Shown one piece after another: positions 59,837 through 64,000 of a stretch of 64,000 nucleotides of DNA; the stretch's first letter is position 1, and each line of letters starts with the position of its first letter. The stretch is from contig JABVCE010000012.1 in NCBI GenBank assembly GCA_014905635.1, positions 868,001 to 932,000 on the forward strand, written 5' to 3'. The DNA is from Scenedesmus sp. PABB004. Lineage: Eukaryota. The position numbers and the translations under genes are program-made. The notes beneath the pieces were generated by a model. The model worked only from the letters and a program-made list of their open reading frames with translations, made no database searches and was not told where the DNA came from.

Positions 59837-60180
59837 GGCGGGCCGCGGACGGGGCGCGGGCGTGCGTAACTGCGCTGCACCGCACGCCGCGACACCAGCG
59901 CCCGCGCGAGCTTTTGACGCCGACAGACGTCAAAAGCGGCGCGCGCGGCGCCAGCCCCTCCCGCCGCGCTGGTGAAGAAGCAGCCGGCGCGGCTCCAGCG
60001 CAGCAGCGCGCCACTGCTGCTCGCACGCGCCCCGCTGCCCCGGAGCAGCAGCAGCCCGCGCGCGCAGGCGCGGCCCGGATCCGGCGGCCGCAGCGCGGTC
60101 GTCAGCTCGCGGCCGGGGGGCGCACAGAAGCAACAGAAAAAGAAAAGCACAGACGCCGCGGCACCACGAACGCGACCGCC

Positions 60181-61102
60181 ATGGCGCTGCCGGGGCGCCT
60201 GTTCCTCGTGTTTGCACTCGCAGCGCCGGCGGCCCTCGCGGGCGCGCCGCCGCGGCAGCTCTGCGCCCGCCTGCCGGGTGGGCGCGCAGGCCACGCTCGG
60301 GCGCCCGTGGGGCCCGTGCGGGGACAGGCACGATCACAACCGCCGCAACCGCCGCGCGCCGCAGCACGAGGCGCGCTGCTCGGCGTGTCGCTGGCGCCGC
60401 CGGCCGCGGGCGACGACGACGGCGCGGCGGCCTGCGACCTGCACGCCTGCGCCGGTGCCGGCTGCGCGCCGAGCCACGTCGCGGCGCTGGCGCCGCCGCG
60501 CGGGGAGGCCGGCGCGCTGCTGCTGGAGCCCGGCGCGCTGCCGGGCGGCGGCCTGTGGGACGGCGACGGCGTCGGCGGCGCGGGCGGCGACGTCACGCTG
60601 CGCCTCGCTGCCGCGTGCGGCGCTCGGGGCGAGCCCGGCGGTGGCAGCCCGGCGTGGGGCCCGGCGGTCGCGCTGACGCTGCTGCCCGAGCCGCCTGCGG
60701 CCGCACCGGTGGGCGCTGCGCGCGCATGCCCACCTGACGCGGAGCCCGTGCAGGCCTGGGAGGTGGCGGCGCCGCTCGGGCCGGCAGACGCCGGCAGCGA
60801 GGACGGCGGCGCCGTGCGCCGACTGGTGATGGTCGAGCTTGAGCCGCCGCTGGATGATGGCGCTGCGCTGGTGCCCGGGGCAGCCCGCTGCCGCCGCCGC
60901 CGCCGCCCGGCCGCACCCTCGCGCTGTGGCTGGGCCGCCTCGGCCTTGCGGGGGCGCTGGCTGGCGTGCACCTGCTGGCCGTGCGCCTCGCCGGCAGGTG
61001 ATGGTGGCCGGCCGCGCGCTGGCGGGCCTGGCGGCGGCCAGTGGCTCATGCGTGCGTTGCCCGCGGGGCAGGCAGGCAGGCAGGCGCTGCGCGTTCAGTT
61101 GA
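60181..61102 (+). CDS. Possible small secreted protein
   Basis: ATG at 60181 followed by signal-like MALPGRLFLVFALAAPAALA and coding-like segments (CDLHAC.G.GC, VTLRLAAAC, WEVAAPL). Splicing and 3' end unresolved; abuts the MscS stop. Confidence 0.35.
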
Positions 61103-63186
61103 TGGTGACGATGACACCGTTGAACGCGCGCGCCGTCAGCCCCAGGTCAAGCAGCAGCCGCTGCCCGCTTGCGCTCGTGGGCGACACCAGCAGCAGGAAC
61201 TGCGCGCGGCGGCGGCGGCGGCCTGAGCGCGCGGGCTGCGGCCGCGCGCGCGCGGACGCTGCGGCGCCGCCGCCGCGCACCGAGACGAGCAGCTCCGCGC
61301 CGGCGTCCGTGAAGCGCGAGAGCGAGACCTTGATGCTCCGCTGCGCCACGCCCGGGCGGCGCAGCGCCGCCGACAGCGCGGACGTGAGCTCCTCGAGCGC
61401 GGCGAGCTCCTTGTGGGGGAGCTTGACCTTGAACCGCAGCGTCTGCCGCTCGCGGCTCTTGGATGTGAGGGGGCTTCGCGCCTCGCGGCGTGCGCTCTTG
61501 TTGTAGACGACCATGTCGCTGATGGACTTGTTGGGCACCGCGACAAGCTCGTCGTCGAGGCCCCGCACTAAAGTTCGCATTGGAGTCACCCGCTCCACTG
61601 TTCCGCTCACGATGACGTTGCCCACGCCCTGCACAACGATGCTGTCCCCGGGCACAAAAGGCCGCGACAGGAACTGCGGCGGCGGGCGGGCCGGCGGTCG
61701 GCGGCGGGCTTCGCGGGCGCGGCGCGGTGCGGCGCGCGGCGCCCGCCCTCCGCTGCAGGCCGCCCCGCCGCGCCGCTCACGATCGAGAGGCCCATGACCG
61801 CGTTGGTGAGCAGGGTCTGCGTGGCCAGCCCAACGACGATGCCGCTCGCGCCGCCGATGGCGAGCAGAGGCCGTACATCGATGCCGAGCAGCTGCATGCT
61901 GAACAGCGCCGCCGCGACGACGAGCACCCAGCTCAGGATGCTGCGGCGGTGACCGGGCGTCGGCGGCTCAGGGATTGCGGCGGCAGCGGCTGAGCGCGCG
62001 CGGCGGCCGGCCTCTGGCCTGTGACGGGCTCCCAGCGGCTCACCCGTCGAGCGGCAGCAGCAGGCGCTCCATCTGCTCCGCGCTCTTGGGCCCCCACAGG
62101 CTCGCGCCCGTGGCGCGTCCGCCGCGCCGCGCCGTGAAGCTGCCGCCGCTGGCGAGGCCGGCGGCCGCCGCGGGCGCCGCCGCGCTGGCGGGCGCGGGCG
62201 CGCCCTCCTCGTCCGACAGCTCCGCCGCCTGCTCCGCGCCCGACGGCCAGCGCGGCCGCATCGCGACCGACAGCACGCGCCCGCCGCCGCCCTCCAGGCA
62301 GGTCTCCCCCGCCTCGCCGGCGTCGCCCGCGCGCTGCGCCGCGGCCGCGGCCGCGCCAGCGGCGGCGCCGCCGGCGTCGGGCCAGGGTGTGTGGTCCGCC
62401 GCGGGGCCGTGGTGGGGGCGGTGGTTGTGCAGCGCGGCCTCCTTGGCGCGCTGCGCCGCGATGACATGCTCCAACAGGACCGATTTCCACCTGATCAGCA
62501 CGCGCACGGTCAGCCACACCGCCAGCACGGCCGTCAGCGGCACCAGCGCCGCGTCGACAGAATTTAGCGCCGCGACAAAGCAACCCGCCGCGCGCCGCGC
62601 CGCGGGCTCCCACGCGGGCTCCGCCGACACCACAAACGCCTTGAGCAGGCCCGCCGCGCTGCGCAGCACCCTGCGGCGGCGCCCGGTGGGTGTGAGCCGC
62701 GCGCTGCGTGCGCGGCCGCTTCGGCCAGGCGGCGCGAGGAGAACAAAAACATCCGCGGCCAGCTTGTGCGCCGCACCTCGTACTGACAAACAGGCTGATC
62801 GCGACGCACGCCGGCGCCTCCAGCGCGACCGGGAGCAGCCCCAGCACCTCCACGCTGAGCGGCTGGTCAGGGTTGGCCTCGAGCCAGCGGCGCGCGCGGT
62901 CGGCGACGGCGCTGAGCGATCGGATGGCCAGCCAGCCCGCCAGGGGCGGCAGCAGCAGCTCGTCCAGGCCCGGGACGTGCGCGGCGACCGCGCCGCGCAG
63001 CAGCCCGCTGCCGGCCGCCACGCTCCTGCTGGTGCACAGCCGGAGCTGCTGCAGCTGCCTGGCGGGCTGCGGGAGGCCGTGGCGCCGCGGCTCGCCGCCG
63101 CGGTGGAGCAGCAGCGGCGGTGCGGCGCGCGGGTGTGCCGCGAGCCCTGGGGCCCGCGCCCATGGCGCACAGCACGGCCGATCCAT
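61095..63186 (-). CDS. MscS-like small-conductance mechanosensitive channel (MSL family)
   Basis: LGIDVRPLLAIGGASGIVVGLATQ.LL.N.V.GL.IF.SRPF.PGD.I, GTVERV..MRT......VAVPNK.I....V.N.S, with upstream TM segments. Confidence 0.9.
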
Positions 63187-63648
63187 CAAGCCGCGTCTCG
63201 CGAGCGCCGCCGGCTGCGCGCCAACAAAAGCGTCGTGCGGGGGCCGCGCTGCTCCGAACGGCGCGGCGCGGCGGGCTGTGCTGATGGCCTTGCGCCCAGC
63301 TGCTGCGCGGGGAGCGGCTGAGCCGGTCGACGCGGACGGGCTGGAGCCGGGTTACAGCACAGGCGCGCACCGCGCAGGGCTCACCGGCCGCGGCACACCG
63401 CTCCGCGCTGTGCCGCCGCCGCCGGTGCACGGAGGGCGCGCTGCTCGCACCAGGCGCACGCAGCTGCCACGCGCGCCCTGTGGGCAGAGGCGGCAGCGTG
63501 AGCATCAGGCCGAACCCAGAACGCCTGTGCCGCAGCTGCACGCCCGCGCGGCCGCGCGCGCACCCGCCGCGCACCGGCTCGCCGGGCTGTCGCCGGCATG
63601 GTGCCACCCGGTTGTGTTCATGTTGACTGCGCTCGACCCCTTCAGCGC

Positions 63649-64000
63649 TCAGTCGCCGCCGCCGCCGCCGTCGACCACTGCGGCGCCGGCGGCCCGCACC
63701 GCGTCCAGCGCCGCCTCGTCGGTGAAGGGCTGCAGCTCCCACAGCTGCGCAAACGCCTCCAGGTGCTCCGCCGGGGTGTCCAGGCGGATGCTGGCCGCCG
63801 CGAGCTCCTGCGGCAGCGGCGTCAGCGGGTCAGCGGCGCGCGCCGCCGCGCGGGCGGGGCGGGCGAGCGCGCACGTGCGCACAGGGGCGCGCACCATCCA
63901 CTGCAGGTCGCGCTGCAGCCCGGCGACGGCCGCGCCCAGCAGCAGCGCAAGCTCCTCGGCGCTCGCCGGCGGCTGAGGCGGGTCCGGGCTCTGCTCTGCC
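63649..64000 (-). CDS. 3' end of an unidentified gene entering from the right edge
   Basis: Two exons, ...GLQRDLQWM | ELAAASIRLDTPAEHLEAFAQLWELQPFTDE...-TGA, joined by a GT-AG intron. Confidence 0.55.
   Translation of the reverse strand, partial: AEQSPDPPQPPASAEELALLLGAAVAGLQRDLQWMVRAPVRTCALARPARAAARAADPLTPLPQELAAASIRLDTPAEHLEAFAQLWELQPFTDEAALDAVRAAGAAVVDGGGGGD

Overview
Very GC-rich, intron-dense eukaryotic DNA. The gene set (PAP-fibrillin, DUF815 ATPase, stand-alone gamma-glutamyl-phosphate reductase), the short GTGCGC/GCGCGC...CGCAG introns and the TGTAA motifs point to a chlorophyte green alga, probably Sphaeropleales (inference). The first 32 kb holds three paralogous ~8-kb genes (A on +, B and C on -) around a fibrillin gene. 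Each encodes a ~2,000-aa secreted protein: signal peptide, three tandem Cys-rich repeats I do not recognise, a helical module flanked by R-x-L-L motifs, 7-9 invasin/intimin-like (Big-1-like) Ig repeats split by a Pro-rich hinge, and a Cys-rich C-terminal domain. The heads are divergent. The A and C stalks form a near-identical ~3.9-kb inverted repeat, Ig-repeat number varies (8/7/9), and exons and introns are shared in a patchwork, suggesting a recombining ECM/adhesin-like family. The second half is a dense run of single genes: DUF815 ATPase, acidic unknown, AKAP7-like 2H phosphoesterase, Cys/His protein, GPI-anchored protein, proA, Sec14/CRAL-TRIO protein, piggyBac-like zinc-finger protein, lipase, MON1 and an MscS-like channel. 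GC-AG introns are unusually common (15 candidates). Several frameshifts in G/C runs look like assembly errors. All gene models and family calls were made by eye, without database searches.
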